Shown here piece after piece: positions 20,271 through 34,200 of a stretch of 62,954 nucleotides of DNA (positions are counted from its first letter, which is position 1; the number at the start of each line of letters is the position of its first letter). The notes below the pieces were generated by a model that did not search any database, was not told the origin of the DNA, and saw only the letters and a list, made by a program, of their open reading frames with translations. Origin of the DNA: Basidiobolus meristosporus CBS 931.73. Lineage: Eukaryota; Fungi; Basidiobolomycota. Location: assembly GCA_002104905.1 (NCBI GenBank), contig MCFE01000522.1:1-62954 (forward strand). Direction: 5' to 3'. The translations under genes and the position numbers were made by a program.

Positions 20271-23200
20271 CTCCCACTCAGCTAAATGTTCATACTGAAT
20301 AGTCCTAATTTTGACCTAAGATATTCAAGCTTGTTTCTAGCTAATGGTTTGGTAAATGTGTCTGCAATCATTTCATCTGTAGGATAGTAAACTAAGCTAA
20401 CTAAGTTTTTCTGAATAGCTTCACATATGAAATGATGTCTAACATCTATGTGCTTGGCTCATGCATGAAAAGTAGGATTTCTACCTAATTGTATACATCC
20501 TTGATTATCTTGAAATAGAGTAATAGGCATTTTTTGACATAGGCCTAAATCTGTAAAAAGTTTTCTTAACCACATTGCTTCTTTTGTAGCTTCACAGGCT
20601 GCCATATACTCTGCCTCTGTGGTAGAAAGTGCTATGGTTTGTTGCTTTCTTGAATTCCATGAAATTGCTCCTTGACAGTAAAGAAAGGTGCATCCTGTGG
20701 TGGATCTTCTGTCTTCTAAGTTTCATCCCCTTTCAGCATCAGATTATCCTAAAAGATCCTGTTCTGAATCCTTATAAGTGTATCTTAAGCAGATATCAGC
20801 AGTTCCTTTTAGGTATCTAAATATCCGCTTAACTGCTGCAATATGATCAGATCCATAGTTCTGATTATGTTGGCTGACAACTCCCACTGAATATGAGATA
20901 TCTGGACATGTTCCAAGCATGATATACAGCAGACTGCCACCATAGATTGATAAGGAAAGTCAGGGCTTTTAGATGGCACCAAGCTCTCTTGATTTGGTTG
21001 AGTTTTGACCAAGTTAAGGTTTGTCTCCATTGGGGTAGCTGCTGGTTTACAGTCTTCCATTTTGTACTTCTTTAGTATATCTTGAGTACACTTGGATTGA
21101 CTTAGGGTGATAGTCTGGGTACTTCTGTCTATGGAAAACTTAATCCCTAAGTAGTAACTACGTTCTCCTAGATTGGACATCTTGAACTCCTTAGATAGGC
21201 TGGATTTAGTCTCTTCCAATGTTTCTAGGTTATTGGCCGCTACAATAAGATCATTCACATATAGAGCTAATAGAACTGCATTTACTCTATCTGGCTTATA
21301 GTATATACTATAGTCAGCATTACTCCTTTTGAAACTCAAAGATTCCAAATAAGAATCAATCTTGCAATTTCAGGCTCTTGGTGATTGTTTGAGACCATAT
21401 AGTGACTTTTTAAGCTTGTAGACCAAATGGGGGTTATCTTGGTCAGCAAACCCATCAGGCTGGCTCATATACATGACCTCATCAGGTTCTCCATTCAAAA
21501 ATGCAGTTTTTACATCCATATGATGAATAAAAAACTTATATTTTGCTGCAATAGCCAATATTAATATGATGGAGTTAAACCTGGCACCCAGTGCAAAGGT
21601 CTCAGTATAGTCAAGTCCTTTTGTTTGAGAGTATCCTTTGGCTACAAGTCTTGCTTTGTATCTTTCAATTGAACCATCAGCCTTGTATTTTGTCTTGAAG
21701 ACCCATCTGCATCCAACTTATTTTTGGTTGATTGGTAATTTGACTAAGTACCAAGTTTGATTTTCCATCAGGGCCTGATTTTCCTCAGTCATTGCAGATC
21801 TCCAAAGCTTTGTCTGAGGGCTATATAGGGCCTCTTTTACAGTCTGGGGTCATCAACATGGACTGAATAGGCATAGGCTAAGTTTGTACCCTCATTGGTA
21901 TAGTAATTTGGGCTATTTCTTGTCCAATTGGAACTCTGAGCATTTGATACTGAAATGATCACTTCTGGGATATTACTGGGCACTGATTTGGGCTGAACCA
22001 TGGTTGCAGAGTCCTCTGGATTGAAAAAATTCTCATTGTTTTGCTCTGACTCAATCCTGACAATTGGTGGACTTGAGATCCAATTTTTGTCATCATCTGA
22101 TGTCATTTTTTGTGAAAATTTTGAATTTTTATCAAACAACATATACCTGGACTTGATTAGCTTCTTTGCTTTGGTATTGTAGAGTCTGCATGCCTTACTC
22201 TCATTGCAGTAGCCCAAAAATATGCATTTTACACTTTTTAGCTCAAATTTGGACTGATTTCCTGGCAGTTTCTTGGCATGTGCTGTACACCCAAATATTC
22301 TTAGATGTTCTGGATTTGGTCTGTATCCATACCATGCTTCAAATGGAGTAGAATCACAAAGTATCTATTATAACTCCTATTTTTAAGGTATACAGCAGTG
22401 GCAACTGATTCTGCCCAAAAATCATAGGATAATTTTTGATCATGGATCATAGATCTTGCCATATCAATTATTGATCTGTTAGCATGTTCTGCTACTCCAT
22501 TTTGCTGTGGGGAGTATGGTTCAGTAGTCTCTTGCTTTATCCCATGAATTTTGCAGATGTGGATGAAGAGTTTTGAGGCATATTCTCCACCATTGGCAGA
22601 GCGTATTTTCTTGATTTTTTCACCGGTTTCTCTCTCCACCATGGCTTTAAACTCCCTAAACTTAGACACAGCTTCTTCCTTTTTCTCCATGAAGTAGACC
22701 CATGTGTATCTTGTATAATCATCAATAAAAGTCATTAAATACTTCATCCCGCCTAAGTAAAAATTTTCCAAAGGTCCACACTAATCTGAGTGAATTAGAT
22801 CTATTTTTTCTTAGTTTTGATCATCCCAGAGCTCTTGAACAGTTGTCTGGCTTGTTTCCCATATAAGCAGGCTTCACAGTGCTCCGAATTTGCTGAGGGA
22901 TCAATTTTCACTCCAGAAATTAGCTGATCTTTGATCATTTTACGCAAATAATCAAAATTGATGTGTCCAAATCTCCTGTGCCAAAGCATTGGGGCTTATT
23001 CATTCAAGTTACTTATATTGGCTTCTGGATGTGATGGAAAACAAGTCAACTTGTATAATTTCTGATCTCTGATGCCCAAAGCAATATGGGCTTCATATTA
23101 ATCAGTGATCCTGCATCCAGAATTGTCAAAACTGAAGCTGAGTCCTTCTGCTGTGGCCTTGCTTACAGAGAGTAGGTTCTTGGCTATTTCTGGTACATAG

Positions 23201-24602
23201 AGAACTTCTTTAAAGGTCAGTGTATGGCTTCCTTCACTGCCTCTAAGGTTTACTTCAATAGTTCCTTCTGCCACTGCATCAAGTGTTTTATTGTCACCCA
23301 TGAAAACCTTCTTAATTGGAATTTATTGATATTGAGTAAAAAGTTCTTTTTGGTGTGTAAAGTGTTGAGAAGCTCCAGAGTCAATATACCATGTCTGAGA
23401 ATCCTTGTTTATGGTCATATTTAGTGCAGATATGAATAATCTATATTCAGTTGTTACAGCATTTCCATATTAAGGCTTCTTTTGCTGATATTCTCTCTTT
23501 TTGAGACACCAATCTGATGTGTGTCCTTTCCTTTTGCAGTAGTTGCAAAACAGGTTGCTGTTGCCTTTGTAAGATCTTGGGTACCTCCTTTGTTCGCTAA
23601 CATTGCTTATTAAAGCATTTTCTTCTTCCTTCTTATTGGCGCTTGATTTTCTTGATTGTTCATTCTGAAGCCTTCCATATATGTAATTTAAGGTCACATC
23701 TTCAGTTCTGGACTCTAGGGCTGATACAAGGCCCTGAAACTTGTCTGTCGGGCTGTTCAGGATGGTAACTATCACATCCTCATCAGTAGTTAGTATGCCC
23801 ACAGATTCCATCTGATCTACCAGCAAGGTAATTCTGTTAATTAGATTTTTCATTTCTTCTCCTGGCAGCATCTTTGTAGTAAAGAATTTTCAACTCAGAT
23901 ATATTTTCTTAGCAGCTGAACATGACTGGTAGGTGTCTTCTAATGCCTTCCAGGCATTCTTTGCCGTTTTTGCTCTTGAGCAATGAATTAGCAATTTGTC
24001 TTTAACATTAAGGCAAATGCAGCTAAAGGCACTTTGTTCTTTCTTCTGGTACTTTAAGGCCTCCTCTCCCATGTTTTTAGGAGGACATTTTTCCCCCATG
24101 ACAATTTCCAAAGGCTTCTTTCTTGTAGCAGCATCTTCATCTTCACCTTCCACACTTGGTGGTTAGATACATTCAACTTTTCAGCAGAGGGAAAAGCTCC
24201 AGTAATAACAGTAGTAGACATTGCAGAGAGTGACAGCTTGGGGCTTGTAACCTGTTACAAGAGTCTTGGAGATATTAGAAGTGATTTGGAGAACAAGTAG
24301 ATCATGTGGTTTTCACTTAATGATTTTTTGAATGTAAAAGTAGTATTTATACTTTTACCTGGTCTTGGCATTACAAACACATAGAATAGGTTAAGAAAGG
24401 TCTCAAGAACATGTGTGCAAAGTTTGGGGCTGTTTGAACAACTTTAAGAATTTTCATGTTCTGGGTACCTGGTATTTTGGTGAAAATATTCCAAGTATAT
24501 CCCAACAAGGAGTTTTGGTCAGTATTCTCTAGGATTTGAAGGTGATGATCTAAGTGACTAAGTTAGGTGAATATTTAGGTGGAAATACGGATTCTTACAA
24601 CA
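20271..24602 (-). mobile_element. Degenerate Copia-A sharing its 3' LTR with the previous copy (internal 20271-24252; 5' LTR 24253-24602)
   Basis: PPT ctcccactc directly after 20270; broken gag-pol frames; PBS variant ggttacaagccc at 24241-24252. Confidence 0.88.
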
Positions 24603-25998
24603 AAGAATGCCCTCCTCAAACTATGGGAGAAGAAGCCTCAAAGTACCAGAAGAAAGAACAAAGTGCCTTTAACTGCATTTGCCTTAATGTCAAAGACAAA
24701 TTGCTAATTCAATGCTCAAGAGCAAAAACAGCAAAGAATGCCTGGAAGGCATTAGAAGACACCTACCAGTCATGTTCAGTTGCAAAGAAAGTGTACCTTA
24801 GACAAAACTTCTTTACTACAAAGTAGCTGCCAGTAAAAGAGATGAAAAATTTAAATTTAACAGAATACCCTGCTGGTGGAGGAGTTAGAATCTGTGGGTG
24901 TACCAACTACTGATGAGGATGTGATAGTAGCCATCCTGAATAGCCTGACAGACAAGCTTCAGGGCCTTGTATCAGCCCTAGAGTCCAGAGCCAAAGATTT
25001 TACTTTAAATTACATTTATGGAAGCCTCCTGGATGAAGAATCAAGAGAAAGAAGCACCAACAAGAAGGAAGAAGAAAATACTTTAATAAGCAATAGTAGC
25101 CAACAAATGGGGTACGCAAGACCTTACAAAGGCAACAGCAGCCTGTTTTGCTACTACTGCTAATAGAAAGTTCACACATCAGACTGGTGTCTCAAAAGGA
25201 GAGATAATCAGCAAAAAAAGCCTCAATATGGAAATGCTGCAACAACTGAAGATAGACTATTCAAGTCTGCACTAAGTATGACCACAAACAAAGATTCTCA
25301 GATGTGGTACATTGACTCTGGAGCATCTCAATACTTTACACACCAAAAAGAACTTTTTACCCAAAACCAAGAAATTCCAACTAACAAGGTTTTCATGGAT
25401 GACAATACAATACCTGATGTAGTGGGAGAAGGAACTATCCAAGTAAACCTTAGAAGCAGTGAAGGAAGCCAAACATTGACCTTTGAAGAAGTACTCTATG
25501 TGCCAGAAATAGCTAAGAACCCAGTATCTGTAAGTAAGGCCACAGCAGAAGGACTCAATCTTAACTTAGACAATTCTGGATGCAGGATCATTGATCAAAT
25601 GGTGCCCATATTGCTTTGGGTATCAGAGATCAGAATCTATGCAAGTTTACTTATATTCCACCATATCAGGAAGCCAATAGAAGTAACCTAAATAAGGAAA
25701 TGCCTATACTTTGGCACAGGAGATTTGTGCACATCAATTTTGATTATTTGCGCAAAATGAACAAAGATCAGCTAATTTCTGGAGTAAAAATTGATCCCCC
25801 AGCTAATTTGGAGCACTATGAAGCCTGCATACATGGGTAACAAGCCAAACAACTGCTCAAGAGCTCCAGGTTGATCAAAACTAAGAAAAAACTATATATA
25901 ATTCACTCAGATCTGCATTTACTTATGCAAAATTTATTCTTAGGTGGGACAAAGTATTTAATCACTTTTATTGAAGATTATTCAAGATAGAAATGCGT
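24603..25998 (+). pseudogene. Copia-A gag-protease-start of integrase fragment
   Basis: ORFs 24554-24826, 24876-25163, 25278-25691, 25616-25840 match Copia-A gag/PR (WYIDSGAS) and WHRR. Confidence 0.85.
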
Positions 25999-27260
25999 TG
26001 TGGTGGTGTATAAGTCCAAGGGAGAGATACAACCAACACTTCTCAAGTGTTTTGTGTGTGGGTGTTCACTGAGTGCAATAATCTCTGGCTAAAGCTTGCT
26101 AGGAATACTTGGGGTCTGTCTCTAATCTAATGTGGTGGAGAGTAAAGCCACAAGCTTGTCAAGGGGAAACTATTGAGCTACAATCCCCAGCTAAGTTGGC
26201 TTCTTACCAAAAGCATGTGCTGGGTTCAGCATCCTTTGAGATGACAATGTACTAAAGCTTCCAACATCAAAACAATTGTAAACTCCACCAGCAGGGACTT
26301 GATAAGAATGCAGCTGTGATCAATAGTTACAAAGACAGAAAAGTATCTTTGCCTGTACAAGAACAAACTTGGGAAAAAATCAAATATAGTAAAATATACC
26401 TACTCTGAGTATTCCTCACAGGTAGCACCTCCAAGGTCAGTTGGCTGTCAGCACGGTGCGGTGGTGTAGAGGTACTCCTGGGAGAAGCTACACAACTCAA
26501 GGTGTGTGAGGTGTCTGACGGGTGCAATAATTTCTGTGTCTAAACTGCCGCTGACTTTGCCAATATGTCACTATGGTAAATGCTCCTGCTTCTCTAGCTT
26601 CCTAGGTGCTCCAAGTGTCTCCAAAGGCCTCTGTGTGTCTAGTGCACTACCCTGAAAAGCTCCTTGATTGCAGGTCTGAGATGTACTGTTGAAGGCAGGT
26701 GCAGTGATCAACTGCTAATCAATAAGGTAGAAGTGTTACTGATAGAAGGGATGATTTATTGATGAGGGATTGCTTTCCCTTAAATACTTTTCTTGATTGC
26801 CAAGGGATTACTGATGACAAGGTTCTAGAAGATTCTAGGTATCAGTGGAGTTCTTGATGACATCACTATGAGCTAAAAATATACCAAGAATGTCCTGGAA
26901 GGTTCTAAAAGGCACAGCACATTCAACCAATCAGGAATTAGTAGTCTGAAACCTGTGCAACATAGAAATACCATATATGGTATTAAAATGGTAGGGATGG
27001 TAACACAGACAAAGGTCATGTGTCACAGGTCCTGCCCTGGGTACTTGCCTTATGTAGATACATATACTAATCACAAAGCTGAATAACATCTGGGATAACT
27101 AATGCTAATAACTAATAAAGGTAAACATGATATGGGGATAATACTGATAATATGGGCAAAAGAAGAATGGGATAATACTGATAAGATAAAATATGGACAA
27201 GTATATCATAATGACTATATGAATAAACTTGTCTGAGGGAGGTATGTTTACCCTACCACA
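25999..27260 (-). repeat. G2 3' LTR (long form, 1262 bp)
   Basis: TGTGGT...ACCACA termini; PPT-like aagtggggggtgga immediately upstream on minus (27261-27274); cuts Copia-A integrase at 25998. Confidence 0.8.
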
Positions 27261-27275
27261 TCCACCCCCCACTTG

Positions 27276-27305
27276 AGCTAAAAAGTTTCAGGGAACTTTT
27301 TAGCT
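27276..27305. other. Perfect 12-bp stem hairpin next to the G2 PPT
   Basis: agctaaaaagtt-tcaggg-aactttttagct. Confidence 0.8.
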
Positions 27306-27356
27306 AACCACTGTAAGTTTGGAGTACAAAGTGCTCTCTCAGTCATCCTCAATGAA

Positions 27357-28353
27357 GCCATATTACCCTAGAGTTAATGGAGTTACTGAGCAGTTTAATG
27401 GATTATTTGAAAAAATGCTGACCAAATATGCAAATGGAGCTGTCAGTAGATGGGATGAGCATATAGACCAAGCACTCTTTGCGTGCAGAGTCAGAGTACA
27501 CAACGCCACCCAGCAATCACCATTTTGCTTAGTGTATGGATGTGAACTAAGGATTCCAGGAGATCTCACACAACCAAAGCTTACAGACACCTTAGAAGAT
27601 GAACTCAGTCAGCTAAGTAGACACCAGCAACTGGAACAAAGATGTCAAGAGGCACAGACCAAAGTATCTCAAAGTGCAGAAAAGATGAAGCAGAGATTTG
27701 ATAAGACTATAACACCAGAAGCATTGACAGTTGGGAACTATGTATTGCAAAGAAATAACACTTGGAAGAAGTTTGAGCCGCAATGGACAGGACCATTCAA
27801 GATCATCAGAGAATGTCCATTTGCAACTTACCAACTGGTGGACAAACAAGGCAATATCCAGGAAGACTTAGTGCATAGGGACAGACTTAAGCTTGCCAGG
27901 CTTGCTGATAATACTGAACCATCTGGCTATTGGTATCACAAGAAAAGAGATTCAGGAGAGCCCGCTCAACTTTAGCAGGGGAGAATGTTATGATCTGCTG
28001 CTTGAATGTTTAAGTTAGATCAGTTTTTAGTCAAATCAATTAGTATATGTTTAGGTTATCAGTATATCAGTATTATCTATGAAATCAGTAGCATTAGTCA
28101 GCAAATGAATCAGCAGATCCTTATCAGACAGAAATTGATATATTAAGTAGGATCTTGATGGGTGATGATGATGCAATCAAATGAGTCTTCAGCCACAACC
28201 TACATTAGGAAATACAATTAGTCAGCAATTGATCTGACAAAATGTATATAAGAAGCTGCTGGAACCTCAATAAAGATCAGTTCAAATTTTAGTGAATACA
28301 ATACAAGCTAAACTCCCTATTCCCCTACAACTCTTATACCAAGACTTGTAACA
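27357..28353 (+). mobile_element. G1 gypsy 3' fragment (integrase C-half, PPT, 3' LTR 27986-28353)
   Basis: YYPRVNG..EQFNG and GPF motifs in ORF 27319-27975; PPT agcaggggagaa; 368-bp LTR tgttatgatc...ttgtaaca. Confidence 0.88.
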
Positions 28354-31203
28354 CCAGCAAATGGCCCACTAAACCAGATGATGTTACCTTGAATGTCAGA
28401 CAGTGCCTGAAACTTCACACAGTGAGCCCTGCATTTGCCAATGTAACAATGCTTCTGCCCTCTAGAAGGTCTGTTAATCCTGACTGGGAAGGTATCCTAA
28501 ATACTCCTAATATGGAACCTGTGGCTGAACACTCTGGGATATGAACACCTATTGGAGCTTCTGAACCTTGTATTCCAAGCTTGCTCTAAATCATTCATAC
28601 CCTCTGCAAGGTTCTTCTCCATTGCTGCCAGCTGGGAATGAAAGCTTCTAGGACTTTTGGTACCATGGATGGTGGTATGAAACCTTGTGGGGCAATAGTT
28701 CTTGTAATAGCAGAGAAGCTTAACAAGGGACCTCCTTGAGTAGATCAGTGTAGATGGTCCACAGTACTTGGTATAGATCTTCTCTAGTGTGTCAAAAGGA
28801 AATCCAGTGGCAGTAATGGGATTGATGAGAAAGGACCATTCAGATGAGTAAGTCATATTATAATTGGTGGATGATTGTATGGAGGCTGTTTGAATTGATT
28901 TGGCTCCATCAGCTTTTTTAATTTAAGTTTCCATGCATTATGACTCAACCTTCATCAATTGTCATGTATCCCATTATTATGTAGAAAAATCATCCTCAAA
29001 CAATGACTTGGTATTTTTATTGATGGTTTACTCACAAGTCTAAAATCAAATAGGAAATCTGCATTCAAGGTGATCTGAACTGTGTCAATGCAATCCAAGA
29101 TGCATCATGCATAACTTATGGAAAACTCAACAATCACATTAGTTTTCATATATATATTTCATATAAGACTAGGTTGATGCCAATACACTACTGTAATTGT
29201 ATCCAAATCTGTCACCACAATCCCTATACCAAGTCTCAACTTATCTTTAGTACAACCCAGACAAAACCTGTCCCCCAGCTCACAAGCATGGTGCAGCCCA
29301 GTGAAGTCAATGTTGAATCTGTTTGAGTTCTTACCAAATGATCTTAATATGGTCCAAGTGTCTATAATAAGCCTTCATACAGATATATGGTCACTACTCA
29401 TTTATCTAGCAGAACTAGATACCTCAGAGAGTTGACAGAGATGGAAGAACCTGAGTAGAAAGCTGTGGCATGAGTTCTACATCAAGAAGCCAGCAGATGT
29501 ATGTAAGAAGATATATAACAAGGCAAGTATTGAAATCAAGAATGAGCTGAGAGTGAGGGGATTTGATGAGGAAGCTGCATGGGAACAATTTTGCGCGCAA
29601 TTTGCACAGAATGGGTTGGACACATCCATTTGTGCCTCAACTTTGGGAACCAAAGGGATTATAAATGCTTTTTTGCCTCAAATGACTAACGTATTACGTG
29701 ATATATTAGTAGAGCTAAGTGGCTTCCAAGTGTAATATACACAGGACTCATCTAGGCAATAGTTCCAATGTATCAGACAGAGGGTAAGTGAATACCTTGA
29801 GGAATCACAAGGTGAGCTTCAGGTGGAAGAATAGAGACTGCAAGCAACTGTGTCTAGATTGCACCAGCACTCCTTGCTGGATACCTTACCATCCCTTGCA
29901 GCTTCAGCATGCTGGTGCACGTCAGTCCAACCCATGCCAACACCCTTCACAAGATCACCTTGTATTTGGTCAATGCATGTTGGGTCAATGTGTGTGCTTC
30001 AGAGCAAAATCACCCAAACTTGCCAAACTTCTCATTAGACACAAGTCCATTGGAGCAGGCCAAGTGGCATCAACAAGCTGCATCACATCAAACTCAGCCA
30101 AGGGCCATGCCAGCACATCAAGTTGTGCCTGCATGTGCTATTACACCTGAACATCAGCAAGTTTCTTCTGGTGAACTGCCTGATGATGACCCACATGAAG
30201 TGCCTCCACCACTAGAGCCCTTGGCAAGTAAAAGAACATGTCAGTGTGTAGCATTGAAGGCTGGCTTAGTAGCATTATCCAGAGCAATTAAGCATGGCCA
30301 AGCTGCAGCATTACACTCATCAACTAGGAGGCAAAATACCAACTACAAATACACAAGTAGCCAAGAGGATAGTCAACAAGGAAGTAGTTTAGGTGTGCCA
30401 AGTGAATCACTACCAAATGCTTCAGTAGTAATCCCTATGAGAAAAAACCTAGGAGAAGATGATGCAATTGCATTGAATTGCTATTATTTGTTGTGATCCA
30501 ATCAGCTCATTTTTTTATGCAATCTAAATCAAGCAATTGCAAATTGGTGATCACTAAATTTATGATATAAGCAATATCAAGGATGTCACACATTTGAGAT
30601 AGAACCCTTATAACTAAACATCCTGCTTATAAATCTCATCTGTTGCACCAGTGCAGCCATTTGATCTGGTTTGCACCTACTTGATTGGTTGTGTGCTAGC
30701 TATGACATCTTGTCCAATCATTAGGATCAGAGATTTACCTGCTCAATGGGTAAAACGGAATATTTGAAGGCAAATCAGGCAGCTTGTGTATTGGTCAAAG
30801 AGCCAATTGAGGGCTGACAGCTTCAGGATACTTTTGGACCAATTAGCTGCTGAGATACCATTCAATTGGAGTGATGGTAACCATAATGGTAAGTATCAGT
30901 ATAGCTTATAGTGTCATACACATTTATTCCTATTTACATTAAAAAAGCACATCCAAACATTGGATTTTACCTACCATAATAGCGGTATCCAATTGCACAC
31001 ATGATGCAAACGCTACAAGTTGGGGCAATCATTTGTGCCAATTTCATTATGTCAGATTGTGCCACAGTGTGCAAGGTTGTCCTACATGGTGAAGATTGTC
31101 TAAGAGCAATCCTGCCTACTGGTAGCTATAATATTGTGCCCAATTGTTCTTGAAGACCACAGATTGCACCAAGTGCCCTGGTACAGTACAATGGAACAAG
31201 TAT
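28354..31203 (-). mobile_element. PHIS copy 2 (inverted, more decayed, transposase cut by G1)
   Basis: Transposase N-half ORF 28497-28856 is nearly identical to 16257 onward. Accessory ORF homolog on plus at about 29200-30496. Left TIR caatggaacaagtat ends at 31203. Confidence 0.88.
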
Positions 31204-31210
31204 AGTATAT

Positions 31211-34200
31211 TGTTGTAAGTCTTGATATAAGAGTGGCAGAGGAATGGGGAGTTTAGCTAGTAGTGTATTCACTAAAACATGAACTGATTTTTATTGAGGT
31301 TCCAGCCTCCCCTTATATAGATTTTGGCACATGTATTGCTGACTTAATGGATTTCCTGATGTAAGTTGTGGCTGATGACTCCTTTAATAGCATCATCTTC
31401 ACCTAGTAAGATCCTACTTAATATATCTATTTCTGTCTGATAAGGATCTGTTGATTCATTTGCTTACTAATGCTACTTATTTGATATATAACACTACTAT
31501 CCTGATAGGCTAGATATATAACTAATTGACTTGTCCAATAAAAGTTCTAACTTCAACATTTAAGCAGTAAATCATAACATTCTCCCCCTATAAAGCTGAG
31601 AGGGTGCTCCTGTATCTCTTTTCTTGTGATACCAACTTTTTGATGGTTCAGTATTATTGGCAAGTTTTGCAAGCCTGAGCCTGTCTCTATGACCTAAATT
31701 TTCCATGATATTTCTTTGTTTATCCACAAGCTGGTAAGCTGCAAATGAATTTTCTGTGATGATCTTAAAAGCACCCATCCATTGTGGCTCAAACTTCTTG
31801 TGAGTGTTGGTTCTCAACAATACAAAGTTCACAACTGTCAATGCTTCTGGTGATACAAACTTATCAAATCTCTGCTTCATCATTTCTGCACCTTGAGATA
31901 CATTGGCCTGTGCCTCTTAACATCTTTGTTCTAGCTGCTGGTACTTACTTGGCTGACTGAGCTCATCTTTTAAGGCATCTGTAAGCTGTGGTTGTGTGAG
32001 ATCTCCTGGAATCTTAGTTCACATCCATACACTAAGTAAAATAGCAATTGTTGGGAGGTATTGTTTACTCTAACTCTGCATGCAAAGAAGTGCTTGGTGT
32101 GTGTGCGCATCCCATCAACTGACAGCTCCATTTGCATATTTGGTCAGCATTTTTCCAAATAATCCATTAAACTGCTCAGTAACTACATTAGCTCTAGGGT
32201 AATATGCCAAGGTTGTTGAGTGTTTGATATGCTGCATTTCCAGGCAAGCTTTCAATGTCTTTGTCATAAAGTTTGCTCCTCTATCATACAAAATCTCTTC
32301 AGGGCCTACAAACTTCATAAGGATCTCATGGTAGATGAAGCTTGCAAGTTCTTGTTCACTGGCTACAAGTACTGCTTTAGCCACAGGCCATTTTAAGGCA
32401 TGGTTAATTTCTACCAGGATTCAACAGTTGCATTTCCTGGTAGTTGGCAGTCTTCCAACAAGGTAGGTTCCTCATTTTTAATATGGTCTTCCAGGCTCCA
32501 ATGGAAAAGTTTTGCAGTTATCTGTGGTTGGCCTTTGTTAATTTGGCAACTTGGGCATGTTTTCACTAGCTTCTCAGTGTGTTGTTTCATTCTGGGCCAC
32601 CATGCACTGGCATTCACAGGGCTATTAGTTCCTTCAATTCTGAGATGTCCATATTCATTGTGTTGCTTTTGATTCAAATCCCAGTAAGCAACAAAAGGGC
32701 AATTGGCAATATGGCTTCCATCAACATTTTGGTAGAGTGTTTCATTGTGTACCACAGATTTACTGGCTTCATCCAAATTGTTGAATGTATTCATTCCATC
32801 TTGTCATTCTTCTAGAGAGTACCTTCTGAGTAAATATATACTTGAGGGAGGCATGATCAGTCTTCACAATGCATTTGACTCCTTCAATATAGCATCTACA
32901 TGTCTTCAAACAGTGGCTTGGTCCTCCAAGTGCTTTGGTAATAGGCTAGGCCAGTCTAATTTATACACCAAGTTGAGTTGTGCAACCTGCTCTAATCTTG
33001 ATAAGGCATCAGCAACAGAGTTGTGTTTCTCAGGGCAGTAGACAATCTCTGTATCAAATTGGTGAATTTATTCACTCCATCTTGTCATTCTTCTGCAGAG
33101 TACCTTTTGAGTAAATGTATACTTGAGGGAGGTGTGATCAGTCTTCACAGTACATTTGACTCCCTCAATATAGCATCTCCATGTCTTCAAGCAGTGTATT
33201 GTAGCAAGCATCTCCTTCTTATGCACTGGATAGTTTTGTTCTGCTGAGTTCAGTTTCTTGGATTAAAAGGCAACTGGGTAGTCCTTTCCCTTGTGTTTTT
33301 GGCTCAATACTCCAACAATTGCATAATATGAAGCATCTGTGCACAGAGTAAACTCTTTTTGTAAGTCAGGTATGCTTGAGCTTGGCAGCTTATCAAGTTC
33401 AATCTTGAGTGTTTGAAAGGCAGTCTCATAGGCTATGTCCCACTTATAAGAGTTGTCATTCTTGGGTATATCAGTTAAAGGGGCTGCAATACTTGCAAAG
33501 GACTTGACAAATCTCCAATAATAGAAAACCACTCCTAGGAATGATTTGAGTTTGATATGCTATGGAGCTGCTTGAGATTCTTGATAACATTAATATTTTT
33601 AGGATTTAAGGTTACTCCTGTGCTAGTCACTATGTGCCCCAGATATTCAACATGTTTCTTGAAGAATTCACACTTGCTAGCTTACCATATTGCTTGTTCT
33701 CTCATATCTTCTTCAGGACCTTTTCAATGTGCACCAAATGATCCTCTTCTGTCTTGCTGTATATCAATATGTCATCTAGGTAGATTATCACAAACTTGTC
33801 TAAGTACTGCTGGAAGACAGTCCACATCAGGGTCATGAGTATTGCAGGAGCATTGGTGAGGCCAAAACTCATGACAAACTACTTGTAATGTCCATATCTG
33901 GTCCTGAATGCCATCTTAGGGATGTCTTCTGGCTTCAGCCTAATCTGGTTGTACCCTGACATGAGGTCAATCTTGCTGAGTATAGTGGCTCCATTGAGCT
34001 GGTCTAAAAGTTCATCAATCCAAGGTATGGGGTACTTACTCTTCAGAGTAACTGAGTTGAGGGCTCAGTAGTCAATGCACCTTCTGAGTGTCCCATCCAT
34101 CTTTTCCACATAGAGTACTGATGCTCCCAAAGGTGACTTGCTGGGTATGATGTATCCTTGCTCCAGTAACTGATCTATTTGTCTCTTCATCTCTTCCAAC

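Noticed and set aside
27850-27975. Chromodomain at the G1 integrase C-terminus
   Set aside because: The protein ends shortly after the GPF module, with no chromodomain aromatic pattern.
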